This document shows, one piece after another, positions 24,990-36,015 of a stretch of 64,000 nucleotides of DNA. Origin of the DNA: Mobula hypostoma (Eukaryota); contig NC_086097.1 in NCBI RefSeq assembly GCF_963921235.1, positions 66,342,001-66,406,000 of the forward strand, read 5' to 3'. Every line of letters begins with the position of its first letter. Position 1 is the stretch's first letter. Both the position numbers and the translations under genes were made by a program. Under the pieces are notes generated by a model. That model saw only the letters and a program-made list of their open reading frames with translations. It was not told where the DNA came from and made no database searches.

Positions 24990-25854
24990 TACAGAAATGC
25001 AGATAATGAATAATTGGGTAAGTGAGCAGAGCATTGGCAATTGGAGTTTAATTCAGATAAGTGTGAGGTTTTGCATTTCTGAAGGCAAATCAGTGTAGGA
25101 CATTCACAGAGAATGTTAGGGCACTGGAGATAGTTGTAGAACATAGGAGCCTAGGAGCTACAAGTAGTGGTTCCATGAAAGTGGCATCACAGAGATGGAC
25201 AGCGTGGTGAAGAAGACTTTTGGCACACTGACCTTCATCAGTCAGAGAACTGAGTACAACAGCTGGGATGTTTTGTTGCAGTTGTACAAGCTGTTGATTG
25301 GGCCTCATTTGGAATATTGTGTTCAGTTTTGGTCACATTGTTATTAAGAAAGATACCATTAAGCTGGAAAGAGTGCAGAGAAGGTTTATGAGGATATTGC
25401 TGGGAACAAAGGAGCTGAGTTATGGAAAGAGATTAAGCAGGTTGAAACATTGTTCATTGACTCATAGGAGATGGATGGATGATCTTAAAGGGATGTATAA
25501 AATCATGAGGAACATAGATAGGATTAATGTGCAGTCTTTTTTTCCAGGGGTTAGGAATCAAGAACTAGAAGGAATAGGATAGAAAAAGAAGGGAGAGATT
25601 TGATAGGAACCTGAGAGGCAGTGTTTTCACCCAGAGGGTGCTAAGTATATGGACTCAGCTGCCAGAGGAAATGATTGAGGTAGGTACATTAACAACATTT
25701 AAAAGGTATTTGGACATGTACCTGGAGAACAAAAATTTATAGAAGGATAAAGGCCAAACATGGCAAATGGGATTTGCTTCGATGGGAATTTTGATCGGCA
25801 TGGATGAGGTGGGCCAATGGGCCTTTTTCCATGCTGTATTACTCTATGACTCTA
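24990..25854 (+). mobile_element. CR1-type LINE 3' portion
   Basis: KLERVQRRFMR motif; actctatgactcta tail ending about 20 nt upstream of exon D. Confidence 0.85.
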
Positions 25855-25872
25855 TTTCTGTTTTTATTTCAG

Positions 25873-25965
25873 CTAAGAACAGTGCTGAAAAAGCATAAAT
25901 CAGTGCCAGATCTACGACCATTTTCATTTTATTCTTCTGACACATTTAGAAACGGTGACTTTAAG
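25873..25965 (+). CDS. TTC6: TTC6-like exon D (phase 0 to 0)
   Basis: tttttatttcag|CTA...AAG|gtactt; 93 nt; LRTVLKKHKSVPDLRPFSFYSSDTFRNGDFK. Confidence 0.7.
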
Positions 25966-26512
25966 GTACTTTTGATGAACTTGAAGAATAAAATTTGTCT
26001 TTTTTTGCTTTTCTTAACCATGTGGCTGAACTTGTAACCTTCTGGATAAGAGGCAATTTTAATTTTTTTCTGTCAAATACGAGAAAAATGTGCAAAAGAT
26101 ATATATGTATATGTGTAGAATTGGTTGAATTTCCAAGTTGGTGTGATCCTTAATTGATTGTATTATGATTATTATCCTATTGTGGATATATTGAGTATGC
26201 CCACAAGGAAATGGATCTTTGGCTTGTATATTGTGACATATATGTACTTTGATAATAAATGTATTTTAAACTCGTTATGAATGTTAATTATAAATATTGA
26301 TTTATAATGCTTTATATGGTCCCATTGTCTTTATAAATTAATGCATTCTTTTATTCATTTGGCAAATTTGTTTGAAACCGTGTCTTTTTCATAATTAATT
26401 TACAATCTTCCTTATAAAATGCAGTAACATCTTTGTATTAACTTGGTTTTATATTTGGTACAGACAATGCAGTAAAGTAAAATAAATTTAGTTTATTTTT
26501 GTTTGCATTCAG

Positions 26513-26985
26513 GCAATACTTCCTGCTCATCAACTTGAAACAAGGGACAATGAATTTCTGCTTACAAATTTGAACGAGACTAATGACAAACCTTTGATGC
26601 ACATGTATAAGTCTTCACCAAATCTCTGTGTTTATAATGACAGGAAGACATTGAAAATATCGAGTCCTTTTCATCAAACCATTAATGAGATTGAATACCA
26701 GAGAGATCAACTATTAGAGGCTTCATTGAATAGAATTCAAGAACATACACTTTCACAAGCAAATTCAGAAGATTTGATTCAATTGCAGGTTTCCAAATCA
26801 AAAAGCAATATATCCTTAAGCAAGCAAGTTCCAATTGTGAATATTAAAAATTTTGTTGAAACAAATATTGAAGAAAAAACAACTCATCAAAAAAAAGTTA
26901 AAGCATATATGAGAAAACCTGTACTACCTCGGAAGTTAGCTTTTGTTTCCAATGCACTTTCAAAGCCTCCAAGCATTCTCACAAG
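26513..26985 (+). CDS. TTC6: TTC6-like exon E (phase 0 to 2)
   Basis: ttttgtttgcattcag|GCA...ACAAG|gttact; 473 nt open frame overlapping ORF 26570..27013. Confidence 0.75.
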
Positions 26986-27084
26986 GTTACTACGATTCAT
27001 TTTAAAACACTAAAGTTATGACATTGTATCTAAAACTAAATAATTGTATGTAATGAATACCATGTTTTAACCCCTCTTAAACAG

Positions 27085-27622
27085 GTCTGCATCTTTGCCA
27101 TCAAGGATTTGTTTGAATGGGATCAATGGGAAAACACCTCAGCCTATTAAACTCAAGCGGAAGTACAGTCTTCCTTCCTTAATTAACTTTGAAGCATTTG
27201 TAAAAACACAAGGAGGAATTGCTGAAGGAACTCCTGTTAGAGAGTGGGTCAGAGATGTATGGAACAAGTGGTTTGATGAGGTCTTCCCACCTTTGAAACC
27301 ACCCAGAAAAACAGTTACTGATCAAAATGATAGACCCCTGCATTACAAAGGAAATGACTCTCAGCCTGTAATGGCCAACTTGGGAGAAATACATTTGCAG
27401 AACTTGCTGTTACCAACTGAATCAGAAAAAACAGAAGTGTATCCTTTGTATTCTGAGGTCTCTACATTTGAAGACACTCAGGCTGCCTTGCTTTCTGAAG
27501 TTAACAAACTTATAAACCTCATAAATGTAAAAGGTGGATCAACTGCTTTTAATTACTGTCGGCGAGGAGCTTTGTATAGAAAATTAGGACAGCTGCAGTT
27601 AGCCATGGACGATTTAAATAAG
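27085..27622 (+). CDS. TTC6: TTC6-like exon F (phase 2 to 0), start of TPR region
   Basis: cctcttaaacag|G TCT...AAG|gtaagt; contains VREWVRDVWNKWFDEVFPP and the TPR helix AFNYCRRGALYRKLGQLQLAMDDLNK. Confidence 0.9.
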
Positions 27623-28086
27623 GTAAGTATACAGTGAGCTTTTGCTACCTGATTTCTAATAATATTGCTGGATGTTGTTCTGTATTGCCTTCCATTCAGT
27701 AAAATATAATGTAGAATTTTGTCTTTTAATGTTTGCTATTTGTATTAGTCTTAAGTGTATACCGTATACACAGTATGTCCTTTAATAGCATGAGCTAAAC
27801 TACCTGAGGATATTTCAAAATAATCTCTGATACATAGGCAAATATATGAACAAAATTTTCATGCAGCATGGTCACACAAAACAAATGATTGGTCAAATCT
27901 TGGTCTCTTAAACTAATATCTTGAGGAATCAACAAGGAAAGGGACAGTTAGTCTGTTATCATATGATAAAACCGAATTAATTAATGATCTTATTGTAAAA
28001 AGTCTGGTATAGTTTCAAATTTAGATTGCCATTGAAAAATGATTTTGAATTAAAAGCCAATTCAGATGCATGAAGACAGAATGGAG

Positions 28087-28417
28087 AGTGGAGTAGCTCA
28101 TAGAGTTCCTGCTTTATAGTACTTGAGACCTGATTTCAATCTTGATCTGGGACACAGTTTGTGTGAAGTTTGCACATTCTCCCTGTGAATATGGGTTTCC
28201 TCCACGTGTCCTGGTTTCCTTCTACCATCACAAGGATGTGGGTTATTGGATTAATAGGTCTCTGTAATTTGCACCTAGTGTGCAGGTGAACGTTAGAATC
28301 TGAGGAAGGCTGATGAGAAAATGGGATTAATGTAGATTAGTGTACATTAGTGCTGATTTAGTAGACTGCAGGGTTTGTTTCCATTGCTGCGTTTCTCTGT
28401 GGGTCTCTATAACTCTA
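28087..28417 (+). mobile_element. V-SINE / HE1-like tRNA-derived SINE
   Basis: V-domain-like tgtgtgaagtttgcacattctccctgtg...gggtttcctccacgtgtcctggtttcct; ctctataactcta tail. Confidence 0.7.
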
Positions 28418-28477
28418 AAATAGGTTGAAGGGTAAGGTGTTAGATCAGCAGTGACAAACATCAAAGAAATATTTCAT

Positions 28478-29146
28478 ATTTCAGTTCCTCGGGGTCAATA
28501 TCACAAATGACCTGACTTGGTCCAACCAAGCAGAGTCCACTGCCAAGAAGGCCCACCAGCGCCTTTACTTCCTGAGAAAGCTAAAGAAATTTGGCCTGTC
28601 CCCTAAAACCCTCACTAATTTTTATAGATGCACTGTAGAAAGCATTCTTCTAGGGTGCATCACAACCTGGTATGGAAGTTGTCCTGTCCAAGACCGGAAG
28701 AAGCTGCAGAAGATCGTGAACACAGCCCAGCACATCACACAAACCAATCTTCCGTCCTTGGACTCACTTTACACCGCACACTGTCGGAGCAGTGCTGCCA
28801 GGATAATCAAGGACTCGACCCACCCAGCCAACACACTTTTGTTGAGAAGGCTCAGGAGCTTGAAGACTCGTATGGCCAGATTTGGGAACAGCTTCCTTCT
28901 AACTGTGATAAGACTACTGAATGGATCCCGACCTGGATCTGGGCCATACCGGCCAAATATCTGGACTTGCCTCTCAGTTTTTTTTGCACTACCTTACTCT
29001 CCCTTTTCTATTTTCTATTTATGATTTATAATTTAAATTTTTAATATTTACTATCGATTTGTACTCAAGGGAGCGCGAAGCGCAGAATCAAATATCGCTG
29101 TGATTGTACGCTCTAGTATCAGTTGTTTGGCGACAATAAAGTAAAG
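28478..29146 (+). mobile_element. Rex1/Babar-type LINE 3' end, relatively young
   Basis: FLGVNITNDLTWS...KKAHQRLYFLRKLKKFGLSPKTLTNFYRCTVESILLGCITTWYGSC; AATAAA plus gtaaag tail. Confidence 0.85.
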
Positions 29147-29169
29147 GTCACGGAAAGTATATTCTCGTG

Positions 29170-29393
29170 AAACGGAAAAGCTGTATGGAAGGATGCATTT
29201 GGCATGCTGACTGAAGAGGTTATGGATAGCATTAAATTAAGAGGAAAGGTGTACAATTTTGCAAGAATTTGTGGTAGACTCAGAGGACTGGCAATTTTTA
29301 GAAACCAGCAAATGGTGTCAAACATTATAAAGAGGGAGAAGATAGAATATGAGAATAAAGTAGTAAACTATATAAAAATAATAAGTAAGAAGT

Positions 29394-29441
<48 letters not shown>

Positions 29442-29680
29442 GAGCATCCCAATAATTATAAAATAATCAAGGGATCATAGGAAAGGAATTTGAAGCAATC
29501 TCCATCATTAGAGAAAAAGTGCAAGGCAAATTAATAGGACTAAGGGAGCTAAAGGGAGACAAGTCTTGACGCAATAGCCTGCATCTTAGGGTCTTAAACA
29601 AAATGGCTGTAGAGAAAATGAATGTTTTTATTGTGATTACTGAAGTTTCCTAACTCCCAAAAATGTCCCAAAGAACAAAG
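29170..29680 (+). mobile_element. Old CR1 ORF2 fragments
   Basis: MLTEEVMDSIKL...KREKIEYENK and degraded KSPG/LHPRVLK region. Confidence 0.65.
29397..29438. repeat. (TA)n microsatellite
   Basis: Directly visible. Confidence 0.98.
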
Positions 29681-29837
29681 TATGGTGTGTTTCAAATAAC
29701 AGGTTGAGCATTGCTAGGAGAAAGAAAATGTGAGCAGTATCACAAATGGGTGATTTACATCAAAAATGGCCAGTTCTGACATGTACAGAGAAACTATATG
29801 TTAGAGAGTTGTATTTTATTTATTTTACTTTTAAAAT

Positions 29838-30118
29838 TATATTTAGAGATACAACCTTTTTGGACCTTCAAGCCATAATGGCCCACACCAGCAACCTCTG
29901 ACAAACCCAACCTAATCACAGGACAATTTACAAGGACCAATTAACCTACATGGTACATCTTTGGACTGTGGGATGAAACCAGAGCACCTGGGAAAAACAA
30001 AAACATTCCACAGGGAGGACATAAAGAGACTTTACAGATGACACCAGAATTGAACTCCAAGCTCCAATGTCCCGAGCTGTAATAGTGTTGTGCTAACCAT
30101 TATGCCACCATGGTGCCC
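29838..30118 (-). mobile_element. V-SINE-like element
   Basis: tctttggactgtgggatgaaaccagagcacctgg is a reversed V-domain; gctaaccattatgccacc is a reversed tRNA-like head. Confidence 0.7.
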
Positions 30119-30237
30119 AGTCTAGATGGCTGTGATGTCCCATGTGATAGATGAGGTGCTCATCCTCAAACCTGCCCTAAGCCTTCTCAGAACACTTAAG
30201 CAGGCCACAGACACACAGGCCAGGGTTGGAACAGGTT

Positions 30238-30432
30238 GAAGAATTGAAGTAGCAGGCAACAGGAAACTCAGGATTGCCCCTGTGTACTTAGTGCACTTGT
30301 TTCGCAAAACGATCATCCAGTCCGTGTTTGGCTTCTCAGTAGAGAGGAGACCACATTGTAAGGACCAAATACTGTACAGTAGATTGAGAGAAGTTCAAGT
30401 GAATTGCTACTTCACCTGGAAAGACTGTTTGA
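30238..30432 (-). mobile_element. Penelope-like GIY-YIG relic
   Basis: Minus-strand KQSFQVK*QFT*TSLNLLYSIWSLQCGLL...GLDDRFAK...EFPVACYFNS. Confidence 0.65.
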
Positions 30433-30454
30433 TTCTCTGATAGTGAAAAGATAG

Positions 30455-32105
30455 ATGGAAGGGCAGGTAGTGTTGAGAAAGCAGAGAGAGACAGCAGGAC
30501 TTAGACAGATTAGGAGAATGGACAAAGAAGTGGAAGATGGAATACAAAGTTGGGAACTGTATGATCATGCACTTCGGGAGAAGAAATAAAAATGTAGACT
30601 ATTTTCTAAATGGGGAGAAAATTTAAAAATCCAAGGTGCATAGGGACTTGGGAGTCCTTGTGCAGGATTCCCTAATGGTTAATTTTTAGTTGAGTCTGTG
30701 GTGAGGAAGGCAAACGCGATGTTAGCATTCATCTTGAGAGGACTAGAATACAAAAGCAAGGATGTAATTGTAAGACTATTATGGTATTGGTGAAGTTTCA
30801 CTTTGAGTATTGTGAGCAGTTTTGGGCCCATTATCTAAGAAAGGATGTGCTGACATTGGAGAAGGTTCACGAAAATGATTCTGGAATTGAAAGGCTTATC
30901 ATATGAGGGGCAGCTGATGGCTCTGCAGCCATATTCATTGGAATTCAGAAGTATGGGGGGGAGGATATCATTGAAAACTACTAAATGTTGAAAGGCCTTG
31001 ATGGAGTAGATGTGGAAAGGTGGGGGAATCCAGGACTAGAGGACATAGCCTCAGAATAGAGGGGTGTCCATTTAATAGAACATAGAATAGTACAGTACAG
31101 CACAGTACAGGCCCTTCGGCTCACAATGTTGTGCCGACCCTCAAACCCTGCCTCCCATATAAACCCCCACCTTAAATTCCTCCATATTCCTGTCTAGTAG
31201 TCTCTTAAATTTCACTAGTGCATCTGCCTCCACCACTGACTCAGGCAGTGCATTCCATGCACCAACCACTCTCTGAGTAAAAAAACCTTCCTCTAATATC
31301 CCCCTTGAACTTCCCACTCCTTACCTTAAAGCCATGTCCTCTTCTATTGAGCAGTGGTGCCCTGGGGAAGAGGCGCTGGCTATCCATTCTATCTATTTCT
31401 CTTATTATCTTGTACACCTCTATCATGTCTCCTCTCATCCTTCTTCTCTCCAAAGAGTAAAGCCCTAGCTCCCTTAATCTCTGATCATAATGCATACTTT
31501 CTAAACCAGGCAGCATTCTGGTAAATCTCCTCTGTACCCTTTCCAATGCTTCCACATCCTTCCTGTAGTGACGTGACCAGAACTGGACACAGTACTCCAA
31601 GTGTGGCCTAACCAGAGTTTTATAGAGCTGCATCATTACATCGCGACTCTTAAACTCTATCCCTCGACTTATGAAAGCTAACACCCCATAAGCTTTCTTA
31701 ACTACCCTATCCACCTGTGAGGCAACTTTCAGGGATCTGTGGACATGTACCCTGGGATCCCTCTGCTCCTCCACACTACCAAGTATCTTGCCATTTACTT
31801 TGTACTCTGCCTTGGAGTTTGTCCTTCCAAAGTGTACCACCTCACATTTAGAATGGAGATGAGGAATTTCTTTAGCCAGAGAGTGGCAAATCTGTGGAAT
31901 TCGTTACCACAGACTGCTGAGGAGACCAAGTCATTGGGGATATTTAAGGCAGAGTTTGATAGGTTCTTGACCAGTCATGACATGAAGGATTACAAGAAGA
32001 AGGAAGAAGACTGGGGTTTAGAGAGAAATGGATCAGCTATGATGAATTGGCGGAGCAGACTCGATGGGCCAAATAGCCTAATTCTGCTCCTGTATCTCAT
32101 GGATT
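30455..32105 (+). mobile_element. CR1-type LINE 3' portion, interrupted by an opposite-strand CR1
   Basis: DLDRLGEW, RNFFSQRVANLWN motifs; sequence is continuous across 31074/31851. Confidence 0.88.
31075..31844 (-). mobile_element. Young 5'-truncated CR1 nested in an older CR1
   Basis: 199-aa uninterrupted ORF 31241..31840; 6-bp duplication cattta at 31069..31074 and 31845..31850. Confidence 0.92.
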
Positions 32106-33609
32106 TACGAAAAGGGTAGAAATGAAATGATGGGTGTTGAGCTTCTGCAGTCATATGGGAAAGTGCCATGGAATGTAGAGTGTTTGATAGGAATTGAGAT
32201 ACTGATTGGAGAGCCATAAAGGGAACTCTCCTTTGAAATGCTAAAATGGAAGGTGTGGTGTGGAGATGAATCTGATAATAGAAACTTTCTGGGAATAACA
32301 GTCATTGTGAAAGATGATTTGTTGAATGGTTAGGTGGAAGGTAAAGACATGGGGAAATTTTATTCTTGAGGTTTCTGATCAGAGTGGAAATCAAGGGTTT
32401 TTTTCACTAAGCTGTGGGAGTTGAAGGATGAACAATTAAAACTACAGGCACTTAATGCATTTACTTTTAAATTTTAAGGCATTTTTTTTGTTTTGAAATA
32501 CTGAAATCAATTTCTCTCATTGTTTACCCTTACTGTTTGCCAATCATTTACAATCTTTTTTTATTATTATTGGTCTTTGTTGGGGTAGACAATTTTGAAC
32601 ATCCATGGTTCAAAAATCCATGGTTAACCTCCACAACTGAAGAAAAAGATCCTATCTCCTTCAGTCAATTCATGTGACCTAAATATCTCAACCCTAAGCT
32701 CATTGTGCCAATCTGTCCCTTGGCCTCTATAAATCCCTTTCCAGTCTGTCATCCACTTACTGGAAATGAATTCAGCTGACCCATGTTTTTTACTAATTCA
32801 ATATAATCTCCTTGGTTTGGTAGACTAGACAAATAGCCCACAATCCTGTATACTTTGGCCCTCTCAACTTCACGCACATACTCCGAAGTTTCTATATTTT
32901 GTTTCCTCTTATAACACTTTGCCTCATCATGTACAAAACAAAATTCTGGAAATATTCATCAGATGTGTATGTGTGTGTGCGCTAGTAAGATAGAGAGAGA
33001 GAGAGTGAGAAAAGAAAAGAAAAATGTTTCAGTGACCCTTTCTTGCATCACCAAAGGGCCACTGACCTGAAGTACTAGCTCTGTTTCTCTCTCTTTAGGG
33101 ATGCTGAATGGTCTGCTGAGTGTTTCTATTATTTTTTTGTCTTTATATAAGATTCCTAGCATCTGTTTTTTTTTTCATTTTCACCTCAATTCCTTCAGAC
33201 TTTCTTCTGAAATTTGTGCTGTATTGTATCGGCCATGTATTTATCCATTCCAGAAGATTGTCTTTATTCTCATGAAATACTGTATATTGACATTTGCTTC
33301 ATGTGTCAATTAGTGTAGATAAAGGTGCATCTGAACAGGGCAACAATATGCATGTGTTTCTAATCAAAGTTGCGCTATAATAGCTGAAGGGAAAGCTAGT
33401 GATTCCCCCCTATTTCTTCAATGTTTATAATGCCAAAATAATTTCTAGTTGTCTTTTTTTGTGTAGATTATAATTAAATTCAGCATATAATTAAATTGAA
33501 TAACTTTTATTTTCTGTTTGAAAGGTATACAAATCTGTACAGTTGCAGAATATCACATTGTTTTATATAGAATATGATAGCCATCTGTTCTATTATATAG
33601 AACAGACAT

Positions 33610-33800
33610 TTTCAGGCAACACCTCTTTAAGTTGTCCTTGATGGCAGGAAGAGTTGTTCCCGTGATGGAACTGGCGAAATCTACAACACTCTGCAGCCTT
33701 TTGTGATCCTATACGTTAAAGTCTCCATATTAAGCAGTGATGCAGCCAGTCAGAATGCTCTCCACTGTACATCAGTAGAAACTTGAAAGAGTCTTTCATG
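33610..33800 (-). mobile_element. Rex1/Babar LINE fragment
   Basis: gtgatgcagccagtcagaatgctctccactgtacatc is the reversed CTVESILTGCIT motif. Confidence 0.65.
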
Positions 33801-34210
33801 GAATATTGTTGGTGACATATTATTTGGTGACATAGTTTCAATTTATTTCAAGGAACCATGAGTTTATAACTTATTGCAGCAATCAAATGATTTTGTAATA
33901 TTGGAGCTTCTGAACAAAGTCTATTGGTTTTTCTTAACTTGAACTTTTCGTTTACTGTGTACATTATTATTAAAACACAAGGTTAGATTACCATTAGCAG
34001 TATGATGAATATGTGCTTACATGTGTTCATTGTAAGAGTATTATATTAACAGAAATATATAAAGTCACTGTTTATATTAATTTATTTGAGTGGTTTGAGT
34101 ACTTTATTAATTCCAAACACAGTATCAGTTTACTACTAATGCTTATCCCTATCATTTTCAAAATTCATAACAAAAATTCAATAATAATGCAATTGCTTTT
34201 ATTTATTTAG

Positions 34211-34340
34211 GCAATTCAATTAGAACCAATGCTACTTGATGCTTATTGGCACAGACATTTCATTTATCTTCTACAAATGAAAACATCTGATGCATTAGAT
34301 GATCTAAATTTTGTACTTAAACACAATAAAAGTCACGCAG
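34211..34340 (+). CDS. TTC6: TTC6-like exon G (phase 0 to 1), TPR
   Basis: ttttatttatttag|GCA...GCAG|gtatga; AIQLEPMLLDAYWHRHFIYLLQMKTSDALDDLNFVLKHNKSHA. Confidence 0.9.
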
Positions 34341-34667
34341 GTATGATAAGACACAATTTTTTTAGATTAAGTTAAATATATTTAATATATTTATGACTGG
34401 AAAATGAACACTTAATGTTATAAATTCTGAATAATTAAATAACTGCATTTCCTCTTGGTTTGTTTCAAATACCATTAATATACATTGTAGAATTAATATA
34501 TGGAACATAATATCTAAAAGTAGACTAATAGATTTAAGCAATCTTTTAGTTTGCATTTCCTGTCCTTAAAATAAGGCTTCAGATGTAGCAATGAGGATTT
34601 TTCGAAACAATTTTTGTTTACAAGTCCTGTTCAAATAATTATTTGCTATCTGTTTTTGTGTCCTTAG

Positions 34668-34840
34668 ATGCTTACACGTCAAAGGGAGATATATATAGAA
34701 AAAAAGGGGACATTACAATGGCAATCATAAATTATTCTCAAGGACTCAAGTGCAGACCTGATGATGATGTTTATTTTCGAAGAGCTGAGATGTATGAAGC
34801 CAGTAATGATCTACTTCTGGCTATGGAAGATTATCGCTTG
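34668..34840 (+). CDS. TTC6: TTC6-like exon H (phase 1 to 0), TPR
   Basis: tttttgtgtccttag|AT...TTG|gtaagt; DAYTSKGDIYRKKGDITMAIINYSQGLKCRPDDDVYFRRAEMYEASNDLLLAMEDYRL. Confidence 0.9.
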
Positions 34841-35640
34841 GTAAGTTTTCCTATATATTTTCTCAAACAAGTACAGCAGTCACATAGAATTGCAAGATTT
34901 TACATAAATGTAAATTTTCTGTGGTTTCTTTCTTTTTACAAATGCCACAAAACAGTAGAAATTCATTATCAGTTGTCTGAAAATTGTCACAAACATATAA
35001 AGTCAATTAAAATATAATATAGAATTTATTATATATTAATAATAAACTCTAAATTATATTTTGATTGACTTCATGTTTATATATTAATGTTTAATATAAT
35101 ATACAATATATAAATATAATAATCTGTCTAACAAAGGGAAAACAGTGAGTTAAGCATGTTACTGAGTGATAAGTGGAGCATAGTATTTACAAAGGTTAAT
35201 GCAAGCATAATTTTTGTTCATTATTAATTTTAATTTCAGGATTGAAAAGTCTGATTCAAAACTAACAGATAATATTACACTGGACTGTATAGATAATACA
35301 AAGATGTATATTGATAAACTTGAAAATGGATATATTGTTGAAAATGTACTTAGAAATAGAGAAATGTTAGGTAATATATTTTTATTAGAAAAGCCCAACT
35401 AAATCTTCCATGGGATTTAATAATATCAATGGGATAGAGAAGCAGTAAAACCTATGAATCATAGAAATAGCCCGTCACATTTTTATTCGTTCAAGATTGT
35501 TTAATGTCATTTCCAGTACACAAATGTAAAGGGGAATGAAATAATTGTTACTGTGGATCTGATGCAGCACAAAAAATAGACAAAAGATAAAGAACATAAT
35601 AAAACACAATAAACATAACTACATACACAGCTTTTACTTA

Positions 35641-35663
35641 CACACACGCACGCACACACACAC

Positions 35664-35712
<49 letters not shown>

Positions 35713-35739
35713 CATATTTTATATATATATATATATATA
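35641..35739. repeat. (CA)n followed by (TA)n microsatellites
   Basis: Directly visible. Confidence 0.97.
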
Positions 35740-36015
35740 GATTGCCAATAAAAAGTATTCAACCCTCTTGGAAGTTTTCATGTTTTATTGTTTTACAATA
35801 TTGAATCAAAGTGGATTTAATTCAGCTTTTTTGACACTGATCAATAGAAAAAGACTCTTTCGTGTCAAAGTGAAAACAGATCTCTATAAAGTGATCTAAA
35901 TTAATTACAAATATAAAATACAAAGTAATGGATTGCATAAGTATCCACCCCCTTTAACGACATACTAAACCATCACTGTTGTGTTCAATTGGATTTAGAA
36001 GACACATAATTAGCT

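Noticed and set aside
26986..27084. 99-nt intron (multiple of 3) as an in-frame retained intron
   Set aside because: It contains an in-frame TAA at 27011..27013
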